The translations under genes and the position numbers were made by a program. The notes under the pieces are model-generated. The model was not told the DNA's origin. It did not search any database and was given only the letters and a program-made list of their open reading frames with translations. Positions 1 to 9,964 of a stretch of DNA of 64,000 bases are shown one piece after another. This stretch comes from Gemmatimonadota bacterium (lineage in GTDB: Bacteria > Gemmatimonadota > Gemmatimonadetes > Gemmatimonadales > Gemmatimonadaceae): positions 1 to 64,000 of the forward strand of contig JAZJZK010000027.1 of NCBI GenBank assembly GCA_040389905.1. The letters are read 5' to 3'. Within the stretch, counting starts at the first letter, position 1. Each line of letters begins with the position of its first letter.

Positions 1-53
1 GCTCGCACGGATCCGTGCGGGGGGTGTCGGGCGACCGGCATTCCTACCGCGAC
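1..53 (+). mobile_element. 3' end of a group II intron (3' half of domain V and domain VI), truncated by window edge
   Basis: GCTCGCACGGATCCGTGCGGGGGG...GGGCGACC...TTCCTACCGCGAC matches typical DV/DVI ends; DVI stem 17-50 with GNRA loop GCGA (31-34), bulged A46 and terminal AC. Confidence 0.85.
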
Positions 54-198
54 CAAAGGAGCAGAGGAACGCAGAGGAAAGCGAAGACCTGCAGGCGCTT
101 CGTTTTGCCCCGGGCGACAAAAACACGCGTGCCAAGCGCAGTCCTTGATAACTCGCTCCTCTGCGTTCCTCTGTTCCTCCGCGTCCTCTGCGGTTCAA
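54..198. repeat. Palindromic AGAGG/CCTCT-rich REP-like element with truncated left arm
   Basis: Left arm CAGAGGAACGCAGAGGA (62-78) is the reverse complement of part of right arm TCCTCTGCGTTCCTCTGTTCCTCCGCGTCCTCTGCGGTTC (157-196). Confidence 0.7.
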
Positions 199-284
199 AT
201 GACTCGGAATCGTGTTTTCCAGTGATGTTCGCGCACTGGGATTAGCGCTGCTCCCGAAGAGTTACAAATGACACATCCTCATCG

Positions 285-1601
285 ATGAACCGTCTTCGCC
301 CCACCGCTAGCGTCCTCGACATTGCCAACCGCCTCGAAGAGGCGGGCTTCGAAGCGTGGTGCGTTGGAGGGGCGATTCGCGACGCGCTGCTCGGCGGGCG
401 GCCGCTGGACTGGGATCTCGCAACGCCGGCGACGCCGGAGCAGGTGCGAGGCCTTTTCGGACGCAAACGGACCATTCCGATTGGGATCGAGTTCGGCACG
501 GTCGCCGTGTTGGATGACGCCGGCGTACCTCACGAGATCACCACGTTTCGGCGCGATGTGCAGACGGACGGGCGCCACGCCGTTGTCGAGTTTGGCGCGA
601 GTCTCGAGGATGACCTGGCGCGTCGGGATTTCACGATCAATGCGATTGCCTATCGCCCACGAACCCAGGAAGTTCGAGACCCGTTTGGCGGCCGGAATGA
701 CATCGTTGCGGGCGTCGTGCGCGCCGTGGGCGACGCCGACGCGCGCATGCGAGAGGATCGGCTTCGTGCGCTACGCGCCCTGCGCTTTGCTGCGCGGTAT
801 GAGTTCGCGATCGATCCGGCCACACGGCAAGCGGTGGAGGCGTCGGCGCCATTTCTGACACGGCTCTCGGCGGAGCGGGTGCAGCAGGAACTCGTCAAGT
901 CCATGCAGCAGGTAAAGCGCGCGAGCGTGGCGATCAGCCTCTGGCAGGAGTCGCGGGCGCTCGAGGTGCTCGTTCCGAGCCTCGGCTGGCTCAGCGAAAT
1001 CGATCTGGCAACACTCGACCATCTGCCGGCAGATGGGGCCGGAGGGAGGACGCTACCGCAGCGGACGACGAATCGTGTGGCAGCGCTCTTTCTCAACATC
1101 CCTGCCGCACAGGCTCGACGCGTGTTGACCGATCTTCGGTTCTCCAAGCATGATACGAATTGGATCACCGCGCTCGTCGAACGGTGGGCGAAGGTTGCGC
1201 CCGCGATCTCCGTGGCACTCGACGATGGTGCCCCAACGGACGCTGAACTCCGGGGCTGGCTCTCCGCGCTCGGCCGGCTGCATGTTGGCGGGTTCATGCG
1301 TGTTGCGGCGGCTCGCTGGAGCGCACTTCGCGCGTATGGCGAACCCGCGCCGCCGGCCGCAGGCGTGCGCGACCTCTATCGCCGGTTCGAACGAAGCCGT
1401 CTGACGGATCCATTGGAGGTCGGTGATCTGGCCATTGGCGGCGACGAGCTCCGGGCGTTCGGCATCCCGCCGGGACCGTTGTATGCTAAGATTCTGGGCC
1501 TGCTGCTGGAGAGCGTGCTCGAGGCTCCGGCACGGAACACGCCAGAGGGGCTGATGGCGGAAGTGCCGGGATTGGTTGAGCGGTTGGGCCGAACGACGTG
1601 A
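285..1601 (+). CDS. cca: CCA tRNA nucleotidyltransferase (class II)
   Basis: VGGAIRD, DWDLAT, TTFRRDVQTDGRH loop, RRDFTINA, EDRLR motifs. Confidence 0.92.
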   Translation: MNRLRPTASVLDIANRLEEAGFEAWCVGGAIRDALLGGRPLDWDLATPATPEQVRGLFGRKRTIPIGIEFGTVAVLDDAGVPHEITTFRRDVQTDGRHAVVEFGASLEDDLARRDFTINAIAYRPRTQEVRDPFGGRNDIVAGVVRAVGDADARMREDRLRALRALRFAARYEFAIDPATRQAVEASAPFLTRLSAERVQQELVKSMQQVKRASVAISLWQESRALEVLVPSLGWLSEIDLATLDHLPADGAGGRTLPQRTTNRVAALFLNIPAAQARRVLTDLRFSKHDTNWITALVERWAKVAPAISVALDDGAPTDAELRGWLSALGRLHVGGFMRVAAARWSALRAYGEPAPPAAGVRDLYRRFERSRLTDPLEVGDLAIGGDELRAFGIPPGPLYAKILGLLLESVLEAPARNTPEGLMAEVPGLVERLGRTT

Positions 1602-1672
1602 GGTGCAGATCCCTCGACTTCGCTCGGGATGACAACATTTGGTCTTTGATCTCGGCTTCGCTCGGGATGACA
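1601..1672. repeat. Two tandem REP copies (..CTCG[A/G]CTTCGCTCGGGATGACA)
   Basis: 1601-1634 is the exact reverse complement of 56553-56586; partial second copy at 1648-1672. Confidence 0.85.
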
Positions 1673-1700
1673 ATGGACGAATCGCAACTCACTGAAACAC

Positions 1701-2228
1701 ATGCTATTCCGTGGCAAGCAACCTGAGGCGTCGATCTGGCGGAAGTTTCGCGCCAGCAGCGACGGCTTCACGTTCACAGAAAAAGATGGCGTCCACACGG
1801 CTCACGTCATCGCAACGGCCGAGCGTGTGGTCGACCTGTTCTGGACGCTGACCGACCTGCTCGGTCCGGCCGTGGACCTGCACATCGAGGATTTGCGTAG
1901 CGGCCGCAATTGGCACGGAGAGTCGCTACCGCTGCCAGACGTGCGCGATACGATCGCACGATTGCGGCTACTGCTCGCTCGCTTCGGGGGCACTCAGGTG
2001 AGCGTGTACACCTCGGAGGATCAGCTGTCGCTGAATGAGCACCTCGAGCTCTACATCGACTCCAAGTCGGACAAGTGGCTCTATCTGCTCGAAGGACGGG
2101 GTCTCGAGGAGATGGAACGTGTGCAACCGAAGAGCTGGCGGATCAAGCGTCAATCCTTCCCGGCAGCGCCGGACCTCGTAAATGCGCTCGCCGCGGCTGC
2201 GGAGCGGCTCGGACTCGCGCGGGCGTGA
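1701..2228 (+). CDS. Hypothetical protein
   Basis: 175-aa ORF with normal composition, co-oriented with neighbours; no motif recognised. Confidence 0.75.
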   Translation: MLFRGKQPEASIWRKFRASSDGFTFTEKDGVHTAHVIATAERVVDLFWTLTDLLGPAVDLHIEDLRSGRNWHGESLPLPDVRDTIARLRLLLARFGGTQVSVYTSEDQLSLNEHLELYIDSKSDKWLYLLEGRGLEEMERVQPKSWRIKRQSFPAAPDLVNALAAAAERLGLARA

Positions 2229-2265
2229 AGGGAACCCGAACGCCGCGTTTCCGGATAGATCGTAC

Positions 2266-2982
2266 GTGACAACGCAATTGTTCGCCTACGCCGCCGCCGC
2301 CGCGGGCGCCAATCTTCTCGGAGCGGCGGTGGTGGTTGGCCGCGCGCGCTGGAGCACGCGTGCGCTCGATGCGATGCTCGCCTTTGCCGCCGGGTTCATG
2401 ATCTCGGTGGCCATGATCGATCTCCTCCCCGAGGCGCTCGTTCGCGGCGGACATGTTGCAGCCTACGTCGCCCTCGGCGGCTATGTGGCGGTGCACATCA
2501 CACAGCACGTGATTGGAACACACTTTCATTTTGGGGAAGAAACGCACCACGTCAGCGGCGCGGTGAGCGTCGCGGCGTTGGTGGGGCTTTTGCTGCACAC
2601 CTTCGTCGATGGGGTGGCGGTCGCCAGTGGCTTCGGCGTGGGTGGTGCTGTCGGATCGCTGGTGTTCGGCGCCGTCGTCCTGCACAAGGTACCGGAGGGA
2701 TTCGCGATCTCGTCGCTCTTTCTTGCGGCAGGGCAGGGACGAAGCCGAGCGCTCCTCGCGGCCGGGGCACTTGGCTTGGCGACGATTGGTGGTGTGGTAC
2801 TCACCGGGTACGTCGGCGCGCTGCACGAGCATGGGCTCGCGCTCGCGGCAGGAGTCACGCTGTACGTCGGCATGTCGAATCTGGTTCCTGAGTTTCGTGC
2901 GCGTGGCGGATGGCAATTGCCGAGCGCCTTCCTCGCGGGGACGGGGGTGTATTTCCTGGCGCGCACACTGGCGGGGGCATAG
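2266..2982 (+). CDS. ZIP (ZupT-like) metal transporter
   Basis: Multi-TM protein, His-rich loop THFHFGEETHH, LHTFVDG and LHKVPEG motifs; GTG start at 2266 inferred. Confidence 0.9.
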   Translation: MTTQLFAYAAAAAGANLLGAAVVVGRARWSTRALDAMLAFAAGFMISVAMIDLLPEALVRGGHVAAYVALGGYVAVHITQHVIGTHFHFGEETHHVSGAVSVAALVGLLLHTFVDGVAVASGFGVGGAVGSLVFGAVVLHKVPEGFAISSLFLAAGQGRSRALLAAGALGLATIGGVVLTGYVGALHEHGLALAAGVTLYVGMSNLVPEFRARGGWQLPSAFLAGTGVYFLARTLAGA

Positions 2983-3069
2983 GTGCAGGCCCTTCGCGTT
3001 GCTCAGGGCGACAAAACGAGCGGCAGGGCGGAGGTGCGGGCCCTTCGCGTTGCTCAGGGCGACCAAACG
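2981..3069. repeat. Two tandem REP copies, 51-bp period
   Basis: AGGTGC[A/G]GGCCCTTCGCGTTGCTCAGGGCGAC at 2981 and 3032. Confidence 0.85.
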
Positions 3070-4463
3070 TGACTGACCGCCGAGGATCGCGGACGCGCGG
3101 AGCGGGGCCATCACTTTTCGCAGCGGCGGCACCACCACAGCCCCTTGCCGCGCGCATGCGACCGCGCACACTCGAGGAATACGCCGGACAGCATCACCTG
3201 CTTGCACCGGGCAAGCCGTTGCGCGAAAGCATCGAGAAGGGCAGCGTCACGTCGATGGTGTTCTGGGGACCGCCAGGTACAGGCAAGACGACCCTCGCAC
3301 GGTTGATCGCAGGGTACACCGACCGCGAGTTCGTGCCCTTCAGCGCCGTGACGGAAGGTGTGCCGCGCGTCCGTGAGATTGTCCGCGAAGCGGAAGACCG
3401 CCTCGAGACCGGACGGGGGACGATTCTCTTTGCCGACGAGATTCACCGCTTCAACAAGGCGCAGCAGGACGCGTTTCTTCCGCACGTCGAGGCGGGGACC
3501 ATCACGCTGATCGGTGCAACGACGGAGAATCCGAGCTTCGAGATCAATGGCGCGTTGTTGTCGCGCGTCCGGGTCTTCGTGCTGAAGGCATTGTCACAGC
3601 GCGATGTGATGGACGTGGTCAGAAGCGCATTGACCGACGCGGAGCGTGGACTGGGTGGTCTTGGGCTGACGACCGATGACGACGCCATTGCCCTGCTCGC
3701 CGGCGAAGCCGACGGCGACGCGCGTCGGGCATTGACCATCCTCGAGGCGGCAGCCGACCACGTGGGCGCAGGCGGCCACATCACTGTCCAGGTCGTGCGG
3801 GATGCGGCGCAGCTTCGATTTGCGCGCTACGACAAAGGCGGTGAGGAGACGTACAACATCCTCAGCGCCTTCCACAAATCGCTGCGGGGGAGTGATCCGC
3901 AGGCGGCACTCTACTGGATGGCGCGGATGCTCGAAGGCGGTCAGGACCCGATGGTCATCTTCCGCCGCGCCATCGCGATGGCGGCGGAGGACATCGGACT
4001 TGCCGATCCGGAAGCACTCAAGTTGGCCGTGGCCGCGCGTGACGCGTATCACATGCTCGGCGCACCGGAAGGCTACTTGCCGATGTCGCAGATGGTGATT
4101 TACCTCGCGACGGCACCCAAGTCGAATTCGAGCATGCGCGCGTTGTCCGCGGCGCTCGAGGCGGCACGGACACACCCGGCAGCGGGCGTTCCCATGCACA
4201 TTCGAAACGCACCGACCAAATTGATGAAGGAACTGGGGTACAACGAGGGGTATCAGTACGCGCATGCCGTCCCGGAGGCATACATCCCGCAGGAGTACCT
4301 CCCAGAAGCGCTGGCAGGCTCGGCGTTCTATACGCCGGGGTCATTCGGATTCGAGAAGGAAATCGCGAAGCGGTTGGCGTGGTGGGAGGAACTGCGGCGG
4401 CGTGGTCAGGAGAAGGACAAGGGGGACGCCGACGACAACGGGAAACAACGAACGGAGGAGTGA
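3069..4463 (+). CDS. rarA: Replication-associated recombination protein A (AAA+ ATPase)
   Basis: PLAARMRP, GPPGTGKTT, DEIHRFNKAQQD, SAFHKSLRGSD; GTG start at 3069 inferred. Confidence 0.95.
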   Translation: MTDRRGSRTRGAGPSLFAAAAPPQPLAARMRPRTLEEYAGQHHLLAPGKPLRESIEKGSVTSMVFWGPPGTGKTTLARLIAGYTDREFVPFSAVTEGVPRVREIVREAEDRLETGRGTILFADEIHRFNKAQQDAFLPHVEAGTITLIGATTENPSFEINGALLSRVRVFVLKALSQRDVMDVVRSALTDAERGLGGLGLTTDDDAIALLAGEADGDARRALTILEAAADHVGAGGHITVQVVRDAAQLRFARYDKGGEETYNILSAFHKSLRGSDPQAALYWMARMLEGGQDPMVIFRRAIAMAAEDIGLADPEALKLAVAARDAYHMLGAPEGYLPMSQMVIYLATAPKSNSSMRALSAALEAARTHPAAGVPMHIRNAPTKLMKELGYNEGYQYAHAVPEAYIPQEYLPEALAGSAFYTPGSFGFEKEIAKRLAWWEELRRRGQEKDKGDADDNGKQRTEE

Positions 4464-4466
4464 GTC

Positions 4467-4946
4467 ATGCGTCGTCTCATGTTGGGTGCGGCAACCGCCG
4501 CGATCGCAATCGTCGCCGGGTGCAGCGTACTCGGAAAGCAGGCGTTTCAGGAACCCATCGTTCACCTTCAGGATGTGAAGCTGAATGGAGTTGGGCTCAC
4601 GGGGGGCAATATCGACGTGAAGCTCAGCGTCTACAATCCAAATGGCTATCGGATGGATGCCACACGAATGACGTACAACGTCGTCGTGGGCGATAGCGTG
4701 CGCCTCGCGACGGGGACAGTAGACAGCCGCTTCACCGTCAATTCGAGCGATTCGACGGTCGTCACCGTGCCCGTGAGCTTTACCTATTCTGGCATCGGGG
4801 CCGCTGGCCGTCAGATGATCAACACCGGTGGTGTGAACTATCGGGTGCAGGGCGACGTGACGGTGGGGACGGCAGTCGGTAACTTCACTGTTCCCTATTC
4901 CGCGACCGGTCGCTTCAACGCGATGACCGGCGCTTCTCGCCAATAA
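4467..4946 (+). CDS. LEA type 2 (WHy domain) lipoprotein
   Basis: Lipobox-like VAGC, VYNPN motif. Confidence 0.8.
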   Translation: MRRLMLGAATAAIAIVAGCSVLGKQAFQEPIVHLQDVKLNGVGLTGGNIDVKLSVYNPNGYRMDATRMTYNVVVGDSVRLATGTVDSRFTVNSSDSTVVTVPVSFTYSGIGAAGRQMINTGGVNYRVQGDVTVGTAVGNFTVPYSATGRFNAMTGASRQ

Positions 4947-4957
4947 GAGGCTCCAGC

Positions 4958-6253
4958 ATCTCACGCGAACCGATCAACGTCAGACCGCCGACCGAGCGGG
5001 CGCTTCTCGTCGGCGCCCCGCTCAAGCGAGCGGGGGCACGCAAGTCACTCGATGAGCATCTCGCCGAACTGGAACGCCTCGCCGATACCGCGGGCGCTGA
5101 TGTCGTAGGCATTCTCACGCAGCAGCTCGACCGGCCGCACCCAGGCACCTACCTGGGGAAGGGAAAGATCGAGGAACTGCGCGCGATGGTGAGCGAGAAG
5201 CAGGCGTCGCTCATCATCTTCGACGACGAGCTCTCGCCGAGTCAAGGCAAGAATATCGAGGATATCGTGGGCACGCGTGTGGTGGACCGCGCGGAGCTGA
5301 TTCTCGACATCTTCGCGACGCGCGCCCGGAGCAGCGAAGCCAAGATGCAGGTCGAACTCGCGCAACTCGAATACACGTTGCCGCGACTCACGCGCATGTG
5401 GACACACCTCGAGAAATTTCGCGGCGGCATCGGCGTGCGAGGCCCAGGCGAGACGCAGTTGGAGACAGACCGGCGGCTCATCAATCATCGCATCAAGTTG
5501 CTGAAGGAACGGCTCGCGCACGTGCAACAGAACCGCGCCGTGCAGCGGCAGAGTCGCGCGTCGTCGTTCAAGGCGTCGATCGTCGGCTACACGAACGCGG
5601 GCAAGTCGTCGATCCTGCGCGGCATGACGGGCGCGCAGGACGTTCACGTCGAGGACCGGCTCTTTGCCACGCTCGACCCGCTCACGCGTGAAGTCGACCT
5701 CGGTGAGAATGCGCACGTATTGCTGACGGACACCGTGGGGTTCATTCGCAAGCTGCCGCATCACCTCGTTGCGTCGTTTCGCGCGACGCTCGAGGAAACG
5801 AGGGACGCCGACCTGTTGCTCCACGTCGTCGACGCGAGCCACGCGCTGTGGGAAGAGCAGCGCATGGTGGTCGAACAGGTCCTGGGCGACCTGGGCATCA
5901 CCGATCAACCGACGCTGCTGGTCTTCAACAAGATGGATCTCCTCAGCGAAGAGGCGGCGCTCGCGCTGCAGGACCGCGTGACGGCGCTCGTGCCGAACTC
6001 CGTGTTCGTGTCGACGGAACTCGAGCACGGACTCGATCCGTTACGACGCGCCTTGCGGCACGCCATCCGCGCACGACGCCCGGTCTCGGAAGTCTGGTTG
6101 AATGCCGGCGAGGGCCGGCTCCTCGCGGAGATCCATCAGCATGGCGAAGTTCTCGAAATGCGCAATGAAGGCGAACAGATGGTGATTCGTGCACGATTGC
6201 CTGAGCGGTTGCGTGGCAAGCTCGAACAGGCGGGAGCGGAACTGCGCTCATGA
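4958..6253 (+). CDS. hflX: GTPase HflX (probable ATC start)
   Basis: LILDIFATRA, GPGETQLETDRR, GYTNAGKSS, LFATLDP, DTVGFI; conserved N-terminus lies in frame upstream of first ATG (5186). Confidence 0.93.
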   Translation: MSREPINVRPPTERALLVGAPLKRAGARKSLDEHLAELERLADTAGADVVGILTQQLDRPHPGTYLGKGKIEELRAMVSEKQASLIIFDDELSPSQGKNIEDIVGTRVVDRAELILDIFATRARSSEAKMQVELAQLEYTLPRLTRMWTHLEKFRGGIGVRGPGETQLETDRRLINHRIKLLKERLAHVQQNRAVQRQSRASSFKASIVGYTNAGKSSILRGMTGAQDVHVEDRLFATLDPLTREVDLGENAHVLLTDTVGFIRKLPHHLVASFRATLEETRDADLLLHVVDASHALWEEQRMVVEQVLGDLGITDQPTLLVFNKMDLLSEEAALALQDRVTALVPNSVFVSTELEHGLDPLRRALRHAIRARRPVSEVWLNAGEGRLLAEIHQHGEVLEMRNEGEQMVIRARLPERLRGKLEQAGAELRS

Positions 6254-7926
6254 GGCGATCAGCCTTCGCTCGGTTCGCCACACTGGCGCTGGTGGCCGTC
6301 GTCTCGGCTCCGTTCCGCGTTCAGCTTGCGGCGCAGTCCGGCGCGATCGTTCCGCCGACCGATTTCGCGTACGTCACCATCGAACGATTGGCGGAACTCG
6401 GCGTGCTCGACTCCGTGATCATCGGGCAACGACCGTATTCGCGAGGTGAGATTGCGCGCATCGCGCGCGTGGGCCTCGCGGTGATGGAAAGCGGCCGGCG
6501 CCGCGCACGTGGGTTAACCGATGCGGACGCCCAACTGGTCGGAGGCCTGCTTCGCCAGTTGCAGGCGCGCTTTGGCGAGACCAGCGAGTCGACCCCTGCC
6601 GATGAGCGTCCGAGCGCGCGACTCGACGGCATTGGTCTCACCCTGACGAGTACGGATGCGGAGCGGCGTGCCTTCCCGGGGACGCAGACCGGACTGACCG
6701 AAACGACGATCGACCCGTTGGCGACGCGGCGTCTCGGAGCACCCGCGCCTACGGGGCAGACGCTTGCATTCGAAGCCGCCGCAGTCGCAGCCCCGGCCAG
6801 CTGGATCACGTTGCAGGCACGCGGTCGCGTCGAAGCCCGCCAGACGCGTGACGCTGCCCTTTCGCGAACGAACGGGGAGATTCTGCTCGCGAGTCTTCGG
6901 GCACGATATCGGAATGCCGCTGTGACGATCGGCCGTAACGCACTTGCCTGGTCGCAGGGAGAAGGAGACGGACTCTTTCTGGCGTCGGACGCACCGGCGC
7001 TCGATCAGCTATCCCTCACCGGCGACCACCCGTTTGCGTTGCCCTGGATTCTACGCGTGCTCGGCCCAACGCAGGCCACGGTCATTGCCGCAAACCTCGG
7101 AGCGAGCAGGGTGCGGTCCGGCTCCTTACTCACGGGATACAAGGTGAGCATCAAGCCGGACGCCGATGTCGAACTCGGAGGGACGTTCCTGAATCATTGG
7201 GGCGGGGCGGGGGCACGGTCGTCTCCGTTCATCGAGCGCGTGATCGACAACCTCCCGATCATCGACGTCTTTCGTTCTCACAACTATGACGACTCGACGA
7301 AGACGCTCGATGTGGAATCCGACAAGTCGCTCGGCATCGATGGGCGTTGGCGAATGTCGTCGTTGGGTGGTGTGCTCCTTACCGGCGAGATGTTGATCGA
7401 CGACTTCGACCACCGGCGCCTCGGAAAACTTCTGACGGGCTACGGGTCCCAGACGCTCGGCATCGTGCTGCCAAAGCTCGGATCGCCCGCACTCTCGATG
7501 AAGGTATCGGTCAAGCACCTCGGTATTGTGACATACACCCATGTCGAATTGAGCAACGGCATGACGTCACGTGGGCGACTGCTCGGTGATGAACTCGGGC
7601 CCGATGCGAAGTCATTCGGCGCGCAGCTTCGATGGACGCCGTCTGCTGCGCTTCGCGTTGCGCTGGACGGCCGCACGATCACGTACAGCAAAGCCGAGTA
7701 CGAGTCCTACTACTCGGACGCCGCTCGCACGCTCTATCATGTTCGCAAGAAGTCGTTCGGCGGGGACGAGCGACGCGACATTGCCGGAGCCTCGATGCTG
7801 TTTCACGGCGATGAAGCCTTCGTCGTCTCCGCGCGAGTGGGCGCGGAACGGATTCGCAACGCGGACTTCGGCGGCTTGACGCGGCACGACTATGTGGCCG
7901 AGCTGGCGTTGCGGATCGGCATGTAG
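6250..7926 (+). CDS. Capsule assembly Wzi-family outer-membrane protein (paralogue 1)
   Basis: Signal peptide, QRPYSR, LFLASDAP, GRLLGDELGPDA, beta-strand C-terminus. Confidence 0.75.
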   Translation: MRRSAFARFATLALVAVVSAPFRVQLAAQSGAIVPPTDFAYVTIERLAELGVLDSVIIGQRPYSRGEIARIARVGLAVMESGRRRARGLTDADAQLVGGLLRQLQARFGETSESTPADERPSARLDGIGLTLTSTDAERRAFPGTQTGLTETTIDPLATRRLGAPAPTGQTLAFEAAAVAAPASWITLQARGRVEARQTRDAALSRTNGEILLASLRARYRNAAVTIGRNALAWSQGEGDGLFLASDAPALDQLSLTGDHPFALPWILRVLGPTQATVIAANLGASRVRSGSLLTGYKVSIKPDADVELGGTFLNHWGGAGARSSPFIERVIDNLPIIDVFRSHNYDDSTKTLDVESDKSLGIDGRWRMSSLGGVLLTGEMLIDDFDHRRLGKLLTGYGSQTLGIVLPKLGSPALSMKVSVKHLGIVTYTHVELSNGMTSRGRLLGDELGPDAKSFGAQLRWTPSAALRVALDGRTITYSKAEYESYYSDAARTLYHVRKKSFGGDERRDIAGASMLFHGDEAFVVSARVGAERIRNADFGGLTRHDYVAELALRIGM

Positions 7927-7931
7927 AACGG

Positions 7932-9089
7932 GTGACAATGCGCGTCGCGCTCGTCTGTGACTGGTTCCTACCGAGGATGGGAGGCATCGAGCTGCACCTG
8001 CGCGACCTCGCGGTCGCGCTATGTGCGTCGGGCGTCGATGCGCGGATCGTCACGACGACGCCTGGCGCGGAGTGCGTTGACGGCGTTCGCGTGCACCGCG
8101 TACCAGGATCGCTGATGCCTGGCGCTGGGATCGCATATACCCCGGGCCCGATCGCCGCCATCGGGACGCTCATCCGGCGGGAGCGCTTCGACGTCGTGCA
8201 CGCCCACGCGAGCCTCTTTTCACCGGTAGCATTCGCTGGCGTGCGGGCAGGAATCGGCGCATCGCTTCCGACCGTCGTCACCTTTCACTCGATGCTGCGG
8301 CTGAGCTCCATCGGACTCGGCGCGTCCGACGCGCTACTGGGATGGACTCGGCATGTGGTGCTGAGTGCGGTCAGCAGTGTGGTGGCGGCGCAAGCTGCGC
8401 GCTGGATTCCGGGCGCCAGCGTCGCGGTGCTGCCGAACGCGATCGACGAATCGTTCTGGCGATCGCCGCCGCCGCCGGAGAGCGCAACGGTGCATTTCGT
8501 GAGCGCGATGCGATTGACCAGGAAGAAGCGCGCCCCGGCACTCGTCCGGGCGTTCGCGTCCGCGGTTCGGTTTTCCGCGGGTGTTCCGCACCTCACCCTG
8601 ACGATCGCCGGCGACGGGCCCGACCGGCAGTCGGTCGCGCGCCTGGCCGCGGACCTGGGTGTCGCAGAGCGCGTGTCGCTGCCGGGTTACCTCGATCGGC
8701 CTGCGTTGCGAGCGCTGTATGCGCGGGCGAACGCGTTCGTCTTGCCCAGCGAACGTGAGTCGTTCGGGATCGCGGCGCTCGAGGCACGTGCGGCGGGACT
8801 TCCTGTGCTCGCCATGCTGGACGGTGGTGCGCGCGACTTCATTGTTCCGGGGCAGAACGGACTACTCGCTCGCGATCATACGGAGTTAGCGCGGTTCATC
8901 GCCAGCCTCGCCATCGATACGCCGCTTCGCCGTTTCATCGCGGCGAGAAATCGCGGCACGCGGTCGGGGTTCGATTGGTCGGACATCGCGCCACTGCATC
9001 GCAGGCTCTATGATGCGACCGCGGAGTCGTTGGCGAGTGCGGGACGGCCCAGCCACGCGATGCCGGGAAGTGCCAGGGCGGTGAAGTAG
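7932..9089 (+). CDS. GT4 glycosyltransferase (PIG-A/PimA-like N-terminus)
   Basis: DWFLPRMGGIELH, ESFGIAALEARAAG. Confidence 0.9.
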   Translation: MTMRVALVCDWFLPRMGGIELHLRDLAVALCASGVDARIVTTTPGAECVDGVRVHRVPGSLMPGAGIAYTPGPIAAIGTLIRRERFDVVHAHASLFSPVAFAGVRAGIGASLPTVVTFHSMLRLSSIGLGASDALLGWTRHVVLSAVSSVVAAQAARWIPGASVAVLPNAIDESFWRSPPPPESATVHFVSAMRLTRKKRAPALVRAFASAVRFSAGVPHLTLTIAGDGPDRQSVARLAADLGVAERVSLPGYLDRPALRALYARANAFVLPSERESFGIAALEARAAGLPVLAMLDGGARDFIVPGQNGLLARDHTELARFIASLAIDTPLRRFIAARNRGTRSGFDWSDIAPLHRRLYDATAESLASAGRPSHAMPGSARAVK

Positions 9090-9964
9090 CACGCGTGCTG
9101 CACGACGGCCATGCCGACCGCTTTTTCCAGCGGAATGCCGACCCAAAGGTACACGAACACAATTGCCCCTTCATACGTGCCAATGTTGCCCGGCACGAGG
9201 GGCAGCAGCGTGGACAGGCTCGTGGCCGCGAGCACCAGAACCGCGGTGGCGGCTGAAGGAGTAACCCCCAGGGCACGCTGCACGCAGAGAATCGCGAGGA
9301 CTTCGACGACCTTCTTTGCAAGCGCGAGCGACAGGGACATCGACGCGCGCTTCAACGAGCGCAACGGCGCAAGCGTCGTCGAAAATGCCCGCAATGCCTG
9401 CACGCCGCGCGCGGGGATGACGGAGGCCAACCGCTCGGTGAGCCATTGCTGGCCGGAGGAAATCGCGATGCAGGCCGCAAGGAGCGAGGCAACACCGACT
9501 GCCAGGCCCAACGAGCCACGGTGTAACGGCGAGGGGATCGCAATCATCGCGGAGGCAGTTCCAATGACGGCAAGCTTTGCGACACCTACCAGCAGCTGGT
9601 CCATTGCGAGGACAGAAAGCGCGGCGGAACGCGAGACACCGATGCGCGTCACGAGGAGCAGCACTGCGCCGGCCTCGCCCAGAAACATGGCCGTCGTGTT
9701 CATCAGCGTGGAGGTCAGGGCGATCACCCCCAGCATGTTCCAGTACCGGTTGCCCGCGACTGGTGGTGCCAGCACACGCCACTGCGCCGCCCAGAGCGGA
9801 AGAATCATGACGTACGCGAGGAGCGCCGCAAACAGCCACGCGGGTTGCACCGCTCGCAGTTCGGCGCCGAGTCGCGCGAGGTCCATGCGGCGAATCGCGA
9901 ATGCAATGAGGGCGACGGCGACGATGAATCCCGTCATCAGTGCGACGTGACGATAGCGCCTCAT
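9008..9964 (-). CDS. Lysylphosphatidylglycerol synthase TM-region (UPF0104) flippase-like protein
   Basis: Multi-TM, QWRVL, PLVPGNIGTYEGA motif. Confidence 0.8.
   Translation of the reverse strand: MRRYRHVALMTGFIVAVALIAFAIRRMDLARLGAELRAVQPAWLFAALLAYVMILPLWAAQWRVLAPPVAGNRYWNMLGVIALTSTLMNTTAMFLGEAGAVLLLVTRIGVSRSAALSVLAMDQLLVGVAKLAVIGTASAMIAIPSPLHRGSLGLAVGVASLLAACIAISSGQQWLTERLASVIPARGVQALRAFSTTLAPLRSLKRASMSLSLALAKKVVEVLAILCVQRALGVTPSAATAVLVLAATSLSTLLPLVPGNIGTYEGAIVFVYLWVGIPLEKAVGMAVVQHACYFTALALPGIAWLGRPALANDSAVAS

Noticed and set aside
285..1601. CC-only adding enzyme or poly(A) polymerase
   Set aside because: Flexible loop (RRDVQTDGRH) and EDxxR template motif are intact, consistent with a full CCA enzyme
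2981..3069. Tandem repeats as a mini CRISPR array
   Set aside because: Only two units with a short spacer, dispersed related copies elsewhere, and no cas genes; fits REP
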